DNA of 64,000 bases from Anthoceros angustus (GCA_010909165.1 MU008157.1:806001-870000); one strand, 5' to 3'; shown: positions 1-13,749, counted from the stretch's first letter. Translations and numbers: made by a program. Notes: generated by a model from the letters alone, not told the origin.

Positions 1-914
1 AAACAGAACGAACCACTTTACTGAATTTGCAGTGTCACTCAGGAAACAAAGCCCCACACAATTTTCTAGAGCAGCTGGCAGCAAGAGAAGGCCATTCAGG
101 GAATACACTTGACCGCTTGAATTCCTCCACGAAAATCCCATATTCGCCAGGAAGGGCATACGTGGAAGGGAAAAAATCATATCTGAACTACACAACAGCC
201 GAGTCATAATCAGATCCCTCGCCACAGAAACACAGGTACAGCCGCGTATGTATGAGGATTGTCTCTAACTTGGATGCCTCTGAACTCTGGCCCTCCCTCT
301 CCAGATTTTTCTTCATCCGCTTTAAGTTCTTCACAAGCAAATCCTTTCTCGTAATCTGAACATGCCCGCACTAGCCATAAGGCCTCCGACATCGTACTGC
401 CAGTACAAGAATCCAAGTCTCGTGAACCATCTCACCTCATAGTAGTTGCGGAAGTGATTGACTCTCTGCAAGCTCCATCAGTACCACCATCCACTGTCAG
501 GACCGGCATGTGAACCCTAACAGGGCCAGACAAAGCGTACAAGGCATGCAAGGCTTGAACCTGATGGTCGGCAAGGTGCACATGGTCAAAAGTATCGTAC
601 ATCCAGCCAACGTCTGTCCAGAAGAAGTCCCAATCCAGCTCACTGGCCCAGCAAGAGACGCCACAGAAGGATGTCAGCAAATTGCACGGATGATAGCGCC
701 AGACCTTTCCATGACAATTCAGCCCGCCTGTTGTTTCGTGTTCACCTGTCAGTTTCTGCCCACTTCCGGGCCTTGAGAACCTTGTACACAATGGTCTTCC
801 AGTAACACCGAAACTTGATGCTGCATTGCATTTCCCACCGGCATTCCAACACTCATCAACAATACCGCATGATAGAGACAACCTCTGAGCACGTCCGTCC
901 TCCTGTTTCAACAT
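1..914 (-). CDS. TTLL9: Tubulin polyglutamylase, TTLL9-like; 5' part only, runs off the left edge
   Basis: Manually spliced GT-AG exons 914-883 (first exon tentative), 820-746, 642-561, 465-436, 355-270 and 182-114. They read MLKQEDGRAQS-IKFRCYWKTIVYKVLKARKWAETDS-ELDWDFFWTDVGWMYDTFDHVHLADHQ-RVNHFRNYYE-ITRKDLLVKNLKRMKKNLEREGQSSEASK-YDFFPSTYALPGEYGIFVEEFKR, which matches the TTLL9 N-terminal TTL domain. Exon phases are consistent. Confidence 0.88.
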
Positions 915-1442
915 GAATTCCTCTGAACGCTTCTACTGCAGGAAGCACGCGTCCTGATCAAGAGGGAACGGAAGAAAGTACTTTGTATGCCTCATGGTAG
1001 CAGAATGACACCCTCAGCAGCCGCTTGATCTCCAAATCTGCATGAGCTGAAGCCGAGCATAGGCAGACCCGGCCACGAGGAGTCCAGCCCGCAGTAGTGT
1101 GCTGATACGCATGTCAAGACTGGAGGGAAGTGTCCCAGAGGCGGGAACATGGTTGTTGGAAGCAGTTACCCGGTTTCCCGAAACCCTAGAAGCTCTCATT
1201 CGCAAAACGTTTCACGTCTGGAAGCCATGGAACCATGCTGTCGAGGAAACATGTGTTCAGACCAGTGCTGAAGATCGGTAACGTTCCCAGACAAGACAAG
1301 CCTATCTTCCCAGTCCGGTCCAGATCCAGTTCCCACACAGATAACGGTCGATCAGACCGATCCCGGAGCTTGCTTGATTGATGTAGTCTGCCTTAAGCGT
1401 ACGGTGGACGCCATGCAGGAATTTTGAGAGCGAGCTGAGTCC

Positions 1443-2558
1443 ATGGCCATGGATCCGGACGTGGATTCCATGGAGAAAGTGAAGACAGGATTGTGCGAGC
1501 CCACCAAAGTTCTGCTGGAGAACCACAGGCTACTCCCCCTGCTCACTCAATTCAAGGTGCTTTCAAGAAAGCAGAGCAACCGCAAGAGCGTGGGAGAGAC
1601 ATGCGTGTCGGCGCTCATCCGGCACCTCAACAACGCTGCGAGCACACCGAGGATAAAAGCAGAGGGAGCAAACGTGGTGCTCAACATCTGCTACGAGAAG
1701 GAGAACGTGGACGTCGTGTTGCGGTGCGGAGGAGCTGCAACATTGGTAGGATTCTTAGGATCAGCAGAGGAGGAGCTCCAAGCCAACGCGGCCGGGGCGC
1801 TGCAGAGCATCTGCTTCCAGCCGGACGGCCGCAAAATGGTGCGAGAGCTGGGAGCGATTCCGCCTCTCGTAGACCTGCTCGCGTCCCCGTCCATGAACGT
1901 GAGTCCCGCACGCCTGCAGATCTGGAGTCCTGGCTTGCACAGTCAGGTGTAGGGCATTGCAGATCGATGAACTCCGGGGTTGGAGCTCACGGGAGTGGTG
2001 GGAGTGGGATTCTTCCTTCAGGTGAAGGCCCGGGCAGTCGGGGCGTTGCATAACATGAGCTCGGATGTGGACTCCATCCGCATCATCCGCAAGAAAGGAG
2101 GGATCAAGTCGCTCATCAAGCTGCTCCAGAGCAACCAGCCTTGCATATGCGGTTCCGTGGCGGGAGCGCTGCAGAATGTCTCCCGGGAGGTTGCCAGCCG
2201 CCTCATCATCCGGGACAGCGATGCCATCCCCTCCCTGGTCAATCTGCTCAACAGCTCTGACATCCAGACGCAAGTAAGTCCCCTCACCCACACAGAGACA
2301 CCGAAGGTTGCTCATCCCAGCACCTTGCGCACTCGATGTTGCTGTCAAGTAACTCTGCAATGGGCCCCATGGCAGGTGTGTGCGGCGGGAGCCCTGCTGA
2401 ATGTCCTGGGGCCTGAGATGGCCGAGGACTCACCGCCCAGCAAGCAGGCCGCAGGGGCACTGACCAAGCGCCAAGCCTTCGTGCGCACCATCACCTCCAT
2501 GCTCACCACTAGTATTGTTTACCACACTTGCTTCGCTCCAGATGCCACCACAGCTTGA
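1443..2558 (+). CDS. Short armadillo (ARM)-repeat protein
   Basis: Exons 1443-1898, 2022-2273 and 2376-2558 with GT-AG introns. ARM signatures: ELQANAAGALQSIC, GAIPPLVDLL, ARAVGALHNMS, GGIKSLIKLL, SVAGALQNVS, AAGALLNVL. Confidence 0.85.
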
Positions 2559-3195
2559 CACCACAGGTTCCTCCCTTGGCCGCGGGATCAAACCAGTTCG
2601 TACCTGTTATTTGTAGCAGCTGCCAATTTGCTTCTCGTCCACCTGACCTGCAAAATTGTATGTACAGTACTAGTTTGGAAGAATGGCTGCACAACGTGTG
2701 TCTTGTCCTTGTTCTCAGACAAGAACGTATATCTCATGGCAGGAGCAGTTGCTGAGGTCAAAGTTTAACTATAAGACCGAGGGGTCTACAGGAGGCTATA
2801 CCATCCACCATGAAGGACCTCTGGTTCAGAATGGAACGCCACTTCAGCCTACGCCTTGTTTCTACAAGTGAAGACTCAGGCTTTTCGCAAGCGGTATATC
2901 TTCTGTAGATTGTGACAGCGAAAGGCTCGAACTTCGAATGGCGTTCATTCAGATATGAATGTAGGGAAGAGGACAAGATCAACTTCCTAGGGAACAGCAA
3001 CTAGAAGAACAAACTACCAAGAACATCGAAGACAACGTTCTATTCCCTCTACCTGACAAATTTTATCCACAAGGACAAGAATTTCCAATCCAACCTGTAA
3101 GGTCAGCATGAGAAACTATTTCAGCACCTAAATCGATATTCCTCCAAGCCGATCGATCTATTGTACAATCAGGAGGCTCCACCCACTACCACTCC

Positions 3196-5291
3196 TTATT
3201 TTGGCGAGAAATCGTATTCGCAGCTACCGTTATCGCTCTTCGCAGTGGGGTCAAAATTTTTGGCGGTGGGATCCGTGCATCCTTCAGGGGCCTTTGGTAA
3301 GTTGACTTGCTGGGCTGCTTTGCCTGTGGGAAGGGAAAGACCCAAGGAAGGGGTTACACAACCACGAATGGATGGTTGGCGGAAACAGCGGAAAAGAGGA
3401 GATGGGGAAAAAATGCTACTGATAAAAACGCGTGGATGCCTAAAGAAGAACATGGAAACAGCAGACCAGGCCCACTTGTCTAGCGGTCACTGGATATCTA
3501 CTGCTTACCATAGAAGGTGCCCCGTTTGATAGCATCCTCATTCGCATCGCCAAGGGCAGCTGAAGACAGGTATTTGTCGGCGAGTTGTACTCTCTTGACA
3601 TTATCCTGCTCCTCAACAAGCAAGTACCCGTACTGCAGCAGGATATCTAGAGTCATTTCGGGCTTCTCGAATGTGGGAGGTCCGCCCTTGGCATTCACCA
3701 ACTTCTTTCCAATGTTTTCCACTCCGTTGATGGAGACCCACTTCCTCACCTCGTCATCGTACACCCGAGCCCTAAGTGCACCAAAGAAATCTGCAAAAAC
3801 AGGCCACGAGGTCGTCAGCCAAAACACACAGCAAACATCCGGCAGAAGCGGGGACACAGTGTTTGCACATACCGATGGACTGGCCAGGGAAGGTGTCGAC
3901 GATCTTGACAACATCGTCCTCGGTCACATTGTCGTTTCTAAAGATACCCTTGCAGACGCCGATCCGATCGTCCCGGGTGGGAGCCCAGTAGAACTTCTCC
4001 ATCCGTCCGTCACGGATAAGGGGAGCGTAGAGCGTGGAGAAATCGTTTCCTGTGACGATGATGGGCACCCTCGGAATCGTCTCCTTGTTGTAAATACCGG
4101 GCAGTTGCACATTCGTGGGGTTGTCGGCGATGTTCATGAGGGTGGCGTTCACCATCTGGTTGTTCACTGTGTACTGGGTGGTTCCTCCCATCCTTCCGGC
4201 ACCGGCATCGAGATCGTTGATGAACAGAGCGCACATCTTCCCTTTCTTAATGATGTCGGACGCCTCCCGATACCTCTGCCTGATGAGCTTGGCAGGCTCT
4301 CCGGCGTTCCCACTCTCCAGCTCTCCGGCACTCATCGCTATTGGGCTGCACGAGACGGTCCAGTCCCAGGCATCAGGCACCACCCACCACCCAGCACACA
4401 CAACACAGCCCTCGAAATCAACCAGCTCCTCTTACTTGATCCCGAGCTTGGACATGACAAGCTCGCACTGGAACGATTTCCCCTGTCCCTTACCTCCCCA
4501 GATACCGAGAATGAGGGGAACCTGGCACGCGCAGACCCGTGAGCGGCAGTACTAAAAGCCGAAAACACAGCACAGGATACAGTCAGGAAAGGCAAGCACC
4601 TTGATGTTGGGCAGGTTCATGAAATTCTTGGCGATGTGGATGACGAGCTTGTCCATGAAGGCGGGAGCGATGTAGAATCCATCCTTGGTGTTATCGAAAC
4701 CCCAGCTGAAAAACCCACACCAGAAGAAGGTAAGCAACAGGCTGCTGCACCGCACGCTCGGCCAGCAGCATCGGCAGGAAGAGAGTGAGCATCACTCACG
4801 TCCTCTGGCCAGTGCTGACGTAGTCGTAGGAGCTCATGATGGCGTTCTGGGTACCCACGCCCGCTCCGCCCTGGAAGAGGGCGTCCACCATGCCCTTCCC
4901 CCGGGTGATGTCCTGCTGGTCGTCGGAGGTGTCGGTCCCGAGCCCCGCCCACCGGTCGGCGCACACCACCCGCGCCTTGCCGGCCGACACGCCCAGCGCG
5001 GCATTGGCAGACTTCTTCTTCAGCCCGGCGCCCAGGAAAGCCGAGGCGGGCGTGCACTTCACGCCCGCCGCTGCGCTCTTGGCCACGGATTGGGAGTTCA
5101 AGGCCACAGCCTGGACATGCACCGAAAACCATGTCAGATCGCAGCAGCAGCTGCAGAAGCAGGGCAACAATCCAGAGCGCAGGACGCAGAAGCAGAGAGA
5201 ATGTTCGCGGCGGAAGGCGGCAGGGCAGCGGGGGAGGGTAGGGCGGGACCTGGGAGGCAGCCACAGCCTGGATGGCGGAGGAGGCAGCCAT
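3196..5291 (-). CDS. RCA: Rubisco activase (AAA+), chloroplast; long alpha-type form with a two-cysteine C-terminal extension
   Basis: Exons 5291-5250, 5110-4800, 4705-4600, 4521-4436, 4345-3873, 3790-3509 and 3323-3196. Transit peptide, [15 protein letters not shown], Walker [37 protein letters not shown], and C-terminus PEGCTDP...SDNGSCEY. Confidence 0.97.
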
Positions 5292-5631
5292 GGTTTCTTC
5301 CTTCCTCGTCCTTTGTGTCTCGCTGAAGGCTTCTCAGGATCGGAATACAGGCGGCCACGGGGCTTTATTAACAGCCTCTGAACCGGATGGCGCTCCCGTG
5401 AAGATGAGCCTCACATTCTCTGCGCGGTGGATCGCGCTTCACGACCTGCCACCTGGCGCGGCAGTGGCCACCTGTTATTTCCCGGTTTTCATTCCGGGGG
5501 TCACGCGCTGGGGAGAGACTCCCGTCGGCCACTAGCGTTCACACATCCGAGCGGGGGTTTCGTCATTTTCTAGGTCGATTTCTTTATTGCGCTTCGCAAC
5601 ACAGACTAGGGCAGGACTCCGGTCCACACAC

Positions 5632-8217
5632 TCAGTGGGCCTGGGCCGCAACGGCCTCTGGGGCCAGGTTCCGTCTCTGTCTTTGCCTAAGGTACAGAAC
5701 GGTGAACAAGCAAACGAACAGGGCTGCCAGTGTGGCGTTGCCGTCTCCCACGCTCAAGGACCCTATCCACTCTGCCGCAGCCGGTATCGCCTCAGGAAGA
5801 GAATCCACCATTTTCACCTGGAGACAAACACGCTTGTGTGCTCAGTGCTTGTGAGACACAGTGGATAGGGCGGGCTTCAAGTTGACCGACCAACTAACCC
5901 ATTCAGCAACCCAACGCAGCCCAATGTGAATCAATGGAAGTGGAATGGTTTCCAGGGCAATGCTCACCACGGTGCTTCCGCCATAGTGTTGCCGTAACCA
6001 GAGTCCCATGAGGGCAATGTTGACAGGAAGTGCAGCCTGCGGATCCTGTTCCAGAGCTAGGTCGTAGTAGCGCTTTGCCAGGTGCAAGTCCGTGGGTAGA
6101 CCCAGGCCATGCTCGTACATGTACCCTAGGTTGAACATGGCCTGCGCGTTTTTTTGCTCTTGGGCTCGCCTGTATGCTTCTGCGGCACGTTCCAGGTCTT
6201 GTTTTGTTCCCTGCCAGCAAGGAGGGCGGGTCACAATCCTGCTGGGCGGATGCGCAGCCAGCTGCAAAGAGGAAGGCACCATGAGCTTACCTTGCCGTAG
6301 TAGTAGGCATCCCCGATGAGCAAGGCTGCGTGCTCGTTGCCCTGCTCGGAAGCATGTTGCCACAATGTGTGGGAGCGCAGGTAGCGTTCAGCCTCCGTGC
6401 ACAAACCGGAGCGTCCGAAGCATGCGTCCTCGTCGTTGGGTTTTTGCAGAATCCAAGCTGCATTGCTTTGAGCCACTTCGTATCCCAGTTCAGCAGCCCG
6501 TGAGTAGAACAAGTACGCCTTGGCTGTCTGGCCCTTGAGGTAGGAATCCACACCCAAGCGCATCAAGGACGACCAGGGACCCCTTTCCGCCACCAGTTTA
6601 TACAACGCAGTTGCCTGCAACAGTGACCGAGTGAGTAACATATCAGGAACACGTCCAAGAGTGGCCAACTGGGGAATTCATGGTGAGGTTGCTTACAGAT
6701 GGAAGACTTTTGGCGATGACGACCCCTCTCTCATCCAACCCTTTCTGATACAGTTTGGCAAGCTGGTAGAAAGCTTTCGGATAATTGTGCTTTAAAGCAT
6801 GCGTGAGAAGCTGCACAGCTTCTTTCGGATTCCTCTCCACTCCAATGCCACTGAGGTACATGATGCCCAAATTGTAATATGCATGGATGTCTTTGTGCTC
6901 CGCTGCCTTCTGAAAATATTGCATAGCCTGCAAGCGCAGACACATCTCAATACACGGATACAGACCAAGACTCTTCAAAACACACAACAAAGGTAACAAG
7001 TCCCATATCGAATTGCTACTGTGAGTTGATGGTGGTCCCTTATGTCTGTGAGATAAATCCTCCAGTACCTTGATTGGATCCTTCTTTTCCACGCCCAGTC
7101 CCTTGACATACAAATATCCCAGGCCATTGTAAGCAGACCAGTGTTTCTTGCGGACAGCTTGTTCAAACATCTCCCGAGACCTGTTGTAGTCCCTTGGCAC
7201 ACCGTACCCACGGGCATAGATCTCACCAGCCAACTCCATTGCCTTGGCAGAGTCCTTATCCGCAGCTTTCAAGAACCATGTCAAAGCCTTGGCATGGTCA
7301 CGAGTCACACCCCTCACCCCAAAGTAGTATAACACACCCAGAGTAAACATGGCGGTGCCATCGTTTGCCTTTGACGCCTGAAACTCTGTGAACTGGAAGT
7401 CGTCATCTTCTTCCCCACGGTGCTTCCTCAGGGTGCTCCCGCTCTCCTCAGAACCAGCATTCAGTCGTTGTGGCTCCAACCAGGGGTACTCTTTCCAGCT
7501 AAAAAAACTTGTCATCGCCGTGGCAGCGAGCTCGGCATACAGTTGCACTGCTTTATCGAACATCTGACAAGCGAGACAATCAATCATTTCAGACTGCAGC
7601 AGCTGTAGCACGACACTACGTCACTACCGGCTCCATTGTGAAGGTGAAGCAGGACTCACCTGTTGCCGGCTGTAACTATACGCCAGAGCCATTTTGGACT
7701 GAAAATTCCCACCCTCAGCTGCGAAGTGATGGTACAAAAACGCCTTAGATTCACTTCGCTCCAAACCTGTTCCGCTCCCATACAGATAAGCAAGAGTTGA
7801 CTGCGCATGAGCGTGCCCCTGGTCAGCAGCAGTCTGCAGAACCCTAATCGCTGCCGGCAACTCGCTCGGGTCTCCTTTGGCAAACGCGTCCACCATCTTC
7901 CTTACACCATCAACATACACAGCCTGTTCACCCTCAATAATTTCCTGCAGCAGGACAGGATCAAGAAACTGCACCCAGGATCCAGGATCCAGATCGATGT
8001 CGGTGACATCACCATTGTCCCCGAATTCCTCATACGATGCAGACCCTTCCCCCTCTGCATTTGCATCGGGCCCTGCCAACTCCTGATGCTCCTTGGATTT
8101 GGACTCAACATGCTCGTAAATACTGATCTCCGTGTCGAGGCCTAACACTTCAGGGAGTCGTAATACAAGAAGCAGCAACAAAATACCGTGACAGAGAGGC
8201 CGGCGCACCGTTCCCAT
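5632..8217 (-). CDS. HRD3: ERAD component HRD3/SEL1L-like (Sel1-repeat type I membrane protein)
   Basis: Exons 8217-7660, 7563-7069, 6927-6697, 6614-6291, 6210-5968 and 5817-5632. Signal peptide, Sel1 repeats, motifs [27 protein letters not shown] and [27 protein letters not shown], and a C-terminal TM helix followed by basic residues. Confidence 0.95.
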
Positions 8218-9779
8218 CTCGCGAACACCTGAATTCAGCTCCTACTTCTTGCTAAAGTGTCCTACCAGGAGTGGAAGCATTCACTTCACATATGTAGCTC
8301 CCGCAAGTAGTTCCACGTTCTGTCCGACATCATGATCATCGAGTCAAGCCGCTCCAGCAATTCCCAAACTGTCCGAAAAATATGTACAAGCAATCAATCA
8401 ACCCCCGAGGTGCGGGGTACTTCACTGAGTTACATAGGTAGACTTTAGTATGAAGCACCTCATGCAACCCACCGAAGTCTCGAGACCCTATGTATAGGGC
8501 CATTACCTAGATGTTTAACCCCAAGTGCAGATAGCCTTTGACCTCCTTTTCCAAGTCTAGATTGTACACGTTTTTGATATTTTTGTTAGGCAGAACAAAC
8601 AAACAAGCCGCATCTAGCCATCCTTCCTGCAAAAAAATTTGCTATTTGTAAGTACTTTGAATCACCTCATATTGTTTGCAGAAGTTATTAAGATAGTTAT
8701 TTAATTTATTCTTATTTATCATTATATATACAAAGAATACAAAGGAGTATGTATCTATATGAAGGATGATATACTTATACATATTTGATATAAACCAAAG
8801 ATAATTTTACATTCATTATTTCGTTGTTATTCAGAGTTCTCCTTATACGACTCAAGCGTCCTCTTAGGCTTCATAAACGTGCAACCTTTGCCTACCTTGC
8901 ATCCAATAACAATAAGCATATTCATGGCACATTAAACAAGTGCTTTGTTGATGTCACAAGGGTAGAAAAGAGTTTGTTAGTTATCTTATCCACCAGGAAT
9001 TGCTAAAGGACAAAGTTGACCATGTCATGTTTCCAATGCATAGAAAACACAATATCGAATCAACGAGGTTACTGATTTCTTGAGCCAAGTGGAATTACCT
9101 TGGCAACGTGAGGAACAGAGCTGCGATACCTCCAAATCCGATGGTGATTAGATCCAACGACGATGACGACCTTGCCACATTATCTTGCCACTCAAGGGAC
9201 ATGGCCACCCTTGCACTTGCAGCCCCTTGCATCTTGTTTTTGCATAGGAGCACTCAATTGTTGTAGCATTTCACTTAGAACGGACGTGTCGATTAGTCAG
9301 GGTTTTGCCCCATGTTTTGCAGAAAGAAAAACTTACATGACTCACTTGTTTCATGTCGTTTCGTCCTATTTCACACACTCTATGACATTTGCTCCTTAGA
9401 ATGGCAAGAACAGGCCGACGGTCAAGTTGGGCATAACACGAGCAGGCATAAACATCTCGATCCCCCTTCCTACCCAAGTAGTGTCTAACGTTCCCCTTCC
9501 TACATTGTGAAGGTCAGAAATAGCGTGCATAGATCATGAAAGGTGCCATCTTCTCTAGTCCTTACTTAGTCCATTATCTACGTATGTCATTGCGATATCA
9601 TCAAGCAGTATGACAAGGCCATTTCAGAACCTAACTACACAACCAACCATCATGGCTACAACGTCTGACACCACCCCAACGTCTACAAGTCCTACTTTTA
9701 CCTCTTTACTTTAATTATCAGCGTCGAGGGCCACACATGAGGGAGGCCAGCGCGCCCATAGAGTGCAACGATATCAAAG

Positions 9780-10790
9780 AACATACCTCTAAGATGAAGG
9801 AGAAAGATAAATTTAATAGAACCAAAAACCAAGTCTCGAAGATTCGCATAAAATCTACTCTTGTAGCTCGACGATTTTGAAGAGTGGTTGATGGCTCTCT
9901 GAAAAAGCCAAAGTTAACCCAAACAGCACTCCACCACCTATACAAAAGTGAGATTAGCTCAACTCCGTAGCAATAGCACTATGGATTGAAGGATTACATG
10001 CAGACTTAGTACCTGATGTAGAGTACCTTGACAGTAAATGGTTCCGAGATATGCAAACAACTAGCTGCTATATAGGGAGTTAAGGACATACTTACTTTGT
10101 GTGTAGCAAGGTAGGAGTTTTGCATGTTTCGAATGAAGCTGAAGGAAACCATGTGGATGCTCACGTCAAAAGGTTCCGACACCTTCAAGCTCAAATCTTG
10201 GCTATAAAATGGAGGAGATTTAAGTAGTAGCTCGACTAGACAGTAGCCTACCTCTATTGTACCAAAATTTTGTCACCAACCACAATGGCCAGATCCGCAC
10301 TGCTGCTCATCAAGTCGCATCTGCTCAGTACTATAAAAATCAAGCTTGAAGAAGTTATTGGTGCGGCAGATGCTAGCAGCAAGAGGGGCCAGAGCATAAT
10401 GAGACAAGGTTCTCACAACAAGTTTTAAATCCGAATGTAATAAAGGTTGACTACCACCTGAAAATCATGGAGAAGTCAATAATTCCAGTTTGTCTTCTAC
10501 GCCTCGGGGTACAAGGATCTGTATTTGGAATGGCACAACAGACCATTGGGGCACGAGAGTGCAGCAAGAAGAATTCCGGCGAGCCACCACTTCCACAGGC
10601 CAACAAACGCTCAGCAAACCTTGTTGTTAAAGAGTTCAAAGCTTGAAGAAAAATCAAAAGGGATTGTGAAGATCCTTACCGTTTGTCTCAAGAGTTCTCT
10701 GCATGATGCTAGTTCTTGGTACCTCGACTCCAGAGCTACTGCACACATTTGCAATGACAAGAGCTTGTTTGTACCCATCCCCAGTTTCAT
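9780..10790 (+). mobile_element. Degenerate Ty1/copia gag-protease remnant
   Basis: SSWYLDSRATAHICNDKSLF (about 10710-10770) resembles the copia protease motif W.LDSGA(S/T).H. Upstream gag-like sequence is broken by stops. Boundaries are approximate and no LTRs were identified. Confidence 0.6.
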
Positions 10791-11571
10791 GGCCCTATCC
10801 TGCCCTCGTCTCTACAACGTGTCGGGCCGCTCTTTATTGTTAGCGCCCTACAAGGCTAATCCTGATGATAAAATCCCAGTGCGGGACTTCGATGTATACT
10901 TTGAAATATCTATAAAATCTTCCAATTCGCTAAAAAAGAAAAAGATAGACTATTTTTCGGTATCAAAATCTTGTGGAAGACCCTTAATATATTTGCTACC
11001 TATGCAACTAAAGACTTGATGTATAACAAGTCGCTAGGAAATGCATTATTAAAAACTTAGGTATGGAAGGAGAGCAAGAAAGGAGAAAAGGAATTTGTAG
11101 AAAGGACAATACTAACATACACAACTTGTATATTCACGTCAATTTCAAAATCTCTTAGAAAGCCAAATTCAATAGAGAAAGGTCAATCAATGGGTGTGTG
11201 TGTAGGGAGTTTCTAGGGCTTGCGAGGTTTGCAGCATTGACTAGGTTTTCGAGAAGAGTTCTGTAGGTGTTGCGAAATTTAACTGAGCTCAGGCTTAGTG
11301 TAGACATTGCACGCAAGGACGCTTTGCTTGAATCTTTGAAGGCATGTGATTCGGTTGCGAATCATCCGCAAGGACTTATGGGTTTGAGAGCTGGTTGTTC
11401 ATTCAAGGTGCCGTGGATCGGCAGTTGCGTGCCTCTGTCGTCGGCTCGTTTGTCCTCTCTCTGGCGTTTCTGAGTCCACGCTGGATTACCAGTTTGTGCA
11501 AGAAGCACTCTTCATGTAGGTGCATGATCGATCGGGTTTGGGGTGTGTGTCTGATGTGAGGGAAGGAGAAG

Positions 11572-13749
11572 ATGGGCAGCCGTGTTATTCATCTGAGGCT
11601 GGTCGGTAGTAGGCTGCTGGGCTCATGCCGAAATGCCAGGACATGGAGCAGCGTGAAGGATGAGTGCAGGAGTTATCTGGAATTATCCCCTGCGGTGGGA
11701 TCTGGGACCTCTGGTGGGAGATTACCTCCGATTGAATGGCCTCGTGCTGAGCTTGCCAATGCTCTGTCACCATGGAATTCCTGTTTTCAATTCAAGAGCA
11801 GTATAGGCGCTTTGCCAATTAATAGCTCAGGTTTTAGCACCCTGGCTGAGCATGGGTTGAACCCTGCCCATAATCGGAATGCAAGCTCTCCTCTACATAC
11901 GAATGTATCGTCGGTGGCTGCTGATGTTGATAATTACGACAGCCCTGTGGATAGCAGTTCGCCCTTCTTGGAAGAGGCTATGAGACATGAGGCTATGAGA
12001 CATGCAGCGGCTGCAGGAATGGTTGCCCCGGTGGACTGGCAGAAACAGCGTGTGAAAGTTAGGGAACTTGAAGAAACATCCAGAATTCAGCCTGTGGATC
12101 CTCCCACTCTGGACGTCGAACCAGCGGATGTCTACATTCCTGTCAAGGCCTTTTACATTTCGAGAAGGTTAGTGACGCTTTAAACTACTGGAATGTTGAG
12201 GCTTCACGTCCTGAATCTTGGGCTTACTCGTGGCTAAGGTCAGCTGGCCTTGGGTTGTTTCAGCGTGGACCTCAAGGGCCTGGCAGCGGAACCGTTTAGT
12301 GATGTCACTGTCGCCAGGAACAATCTTATCATCAGATGCACAGACCGACCGCCTGGGTCATCAGCAGTTTTGAGCAATCCAGTACATTTCTTATCCTGTA
12401 TCTCCCTCTAATCCTAAATACCCTGCGTTGGCTCTACTTTTTGAACACTTAATTAGCTATCTCGTTCTGCATGATCTGCTACATTTTCAACTTTGAGGGA
12501 GTGTGGGGTCCGGGTAGGAGAAAGTTGCAATGCTGTTGTAGATAGTCTTAAATTTGGGGAGAGGCCAAATTGTGTGCAGCTCTAGCGGGTGTTCATGAAG
12601 GATGTACTGGTATGACAGGGGAATCCTGCAGTGAGTGAGAGGTATATGGTAGCGTTTCAGTACGGGTCCGTGGTGTTCTTCAACTTTCGTGATCAGGAAG
12701 AAGAGGACTCTTTGAATGCTGTGCGGAAGTATTGTACGGATCAATTTCGTGAGTCAAGAAAGGATGGTATGATGCATTTTCACTGTTACCTGAAGTACAA
12801 GCTGCATGCTGTTTTATGAGTCCCACAGTTGTGATTTTCAGCTGAAACCTCCGGGTACAGACTATGGGGTGGTTGTGAGACCAACATTGGCGAGTTGGAG
12901 TGAGGGAGGCCATGACAGAATCATGTTGAAGAAGCTGGATACGGACAACATTAGAGTGATCTCTAGTATCCTCGGGCAAAGTATTGCCCTTGATCATTAT
13001 GCCAAGAAGGTGAACTCTCTTTGGCCGCTCACTATGGTCTTCAACACCTTATCCTTGATGCTCTTGAAAGAGATGACGGGCAGTGGCTAACATGGTGGCT
13101 GCAGGTAGATGAGATGGTAAACACGTTCAGTGAATTGAACCGAGGAATGGAGCAAACTGGTACTTTTACAATGACCCGGAAGAAACTGTTCCAGCTTGTC
13201 GCTGCAGCAAACACAACTTTGGCAGATGTCATCCTTCGTCTTGGCCTATTGGAGAGGTACGTTTTTGCTGAACACTCGCTGCTCAGCTCTAGTGTTATCA
13301 CCGAACTTGTGGTCCCCTCTGTGGCAACATCGCTTGTTGAACGTTCAGGCATGCATTTGTACTCACATAGTGAGCTCAAACTTTGTTAGCTCTGTTCATC
13401 AGGTCAGATGCAGCTTGGAAAGATGCGAACTATGCTCAGATCTGGGAGTATCTAAGAGACGACTTCGAGCTGGATGAGCGCTTTGAAAGTCTTGATTTTA
13501 AGCTTAACATCATCCAGGTAGTCCTTCAATTGCGGCTCGATATGATGCACAGACTCAGCATTGTGGTAATCGGACAGCAACTTATAATTATGTATGTTCT
13601 TGTTGTCGTTGCAGCACAATGTACGGTTCTTTCTAGAGATACTACAGAATCGGAAGTCAGATACACTGGAGTGGATCATTATCCTCCTTATTACGGGAGA
13701 AATATGTGTTAGCTTGTACGACATTCTTCACACCGCAAAAGTCCTATGA
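11572..13749 (+). CDS. RMND1/Sif2/RMD1-family (DUF155) protein, probably mitochondrial (RETARDED ROOT GROWTH-like)
   Basis: Multi-exon. IPVKAFYISRSVDLK, YMVAFQYGSVVFFN, IRVISSILGQSIALDHY, LFQLVAAANTTLADVILRLGLLERSDAAWKDANYAQIWEYLRDDFELDERFESLDFKL. The last exon reads HNVRFFLEILQNRKSDTLEWIIILLI and stops at 13747-13749. Confidence 0.92.

Noticed and set aside
3517-4542. 341-aa plus-strand ORF
   Set aside because: It is the antisense shadow of the Rubisco activase exons and has no recognisable motifs.
9000-9650. Possible second retroelement fragment on the minus strand (SFCKTWG, zinc-knuckle-like)
   Set aside because: The CCHC pattern is incomplete and too weak to call.
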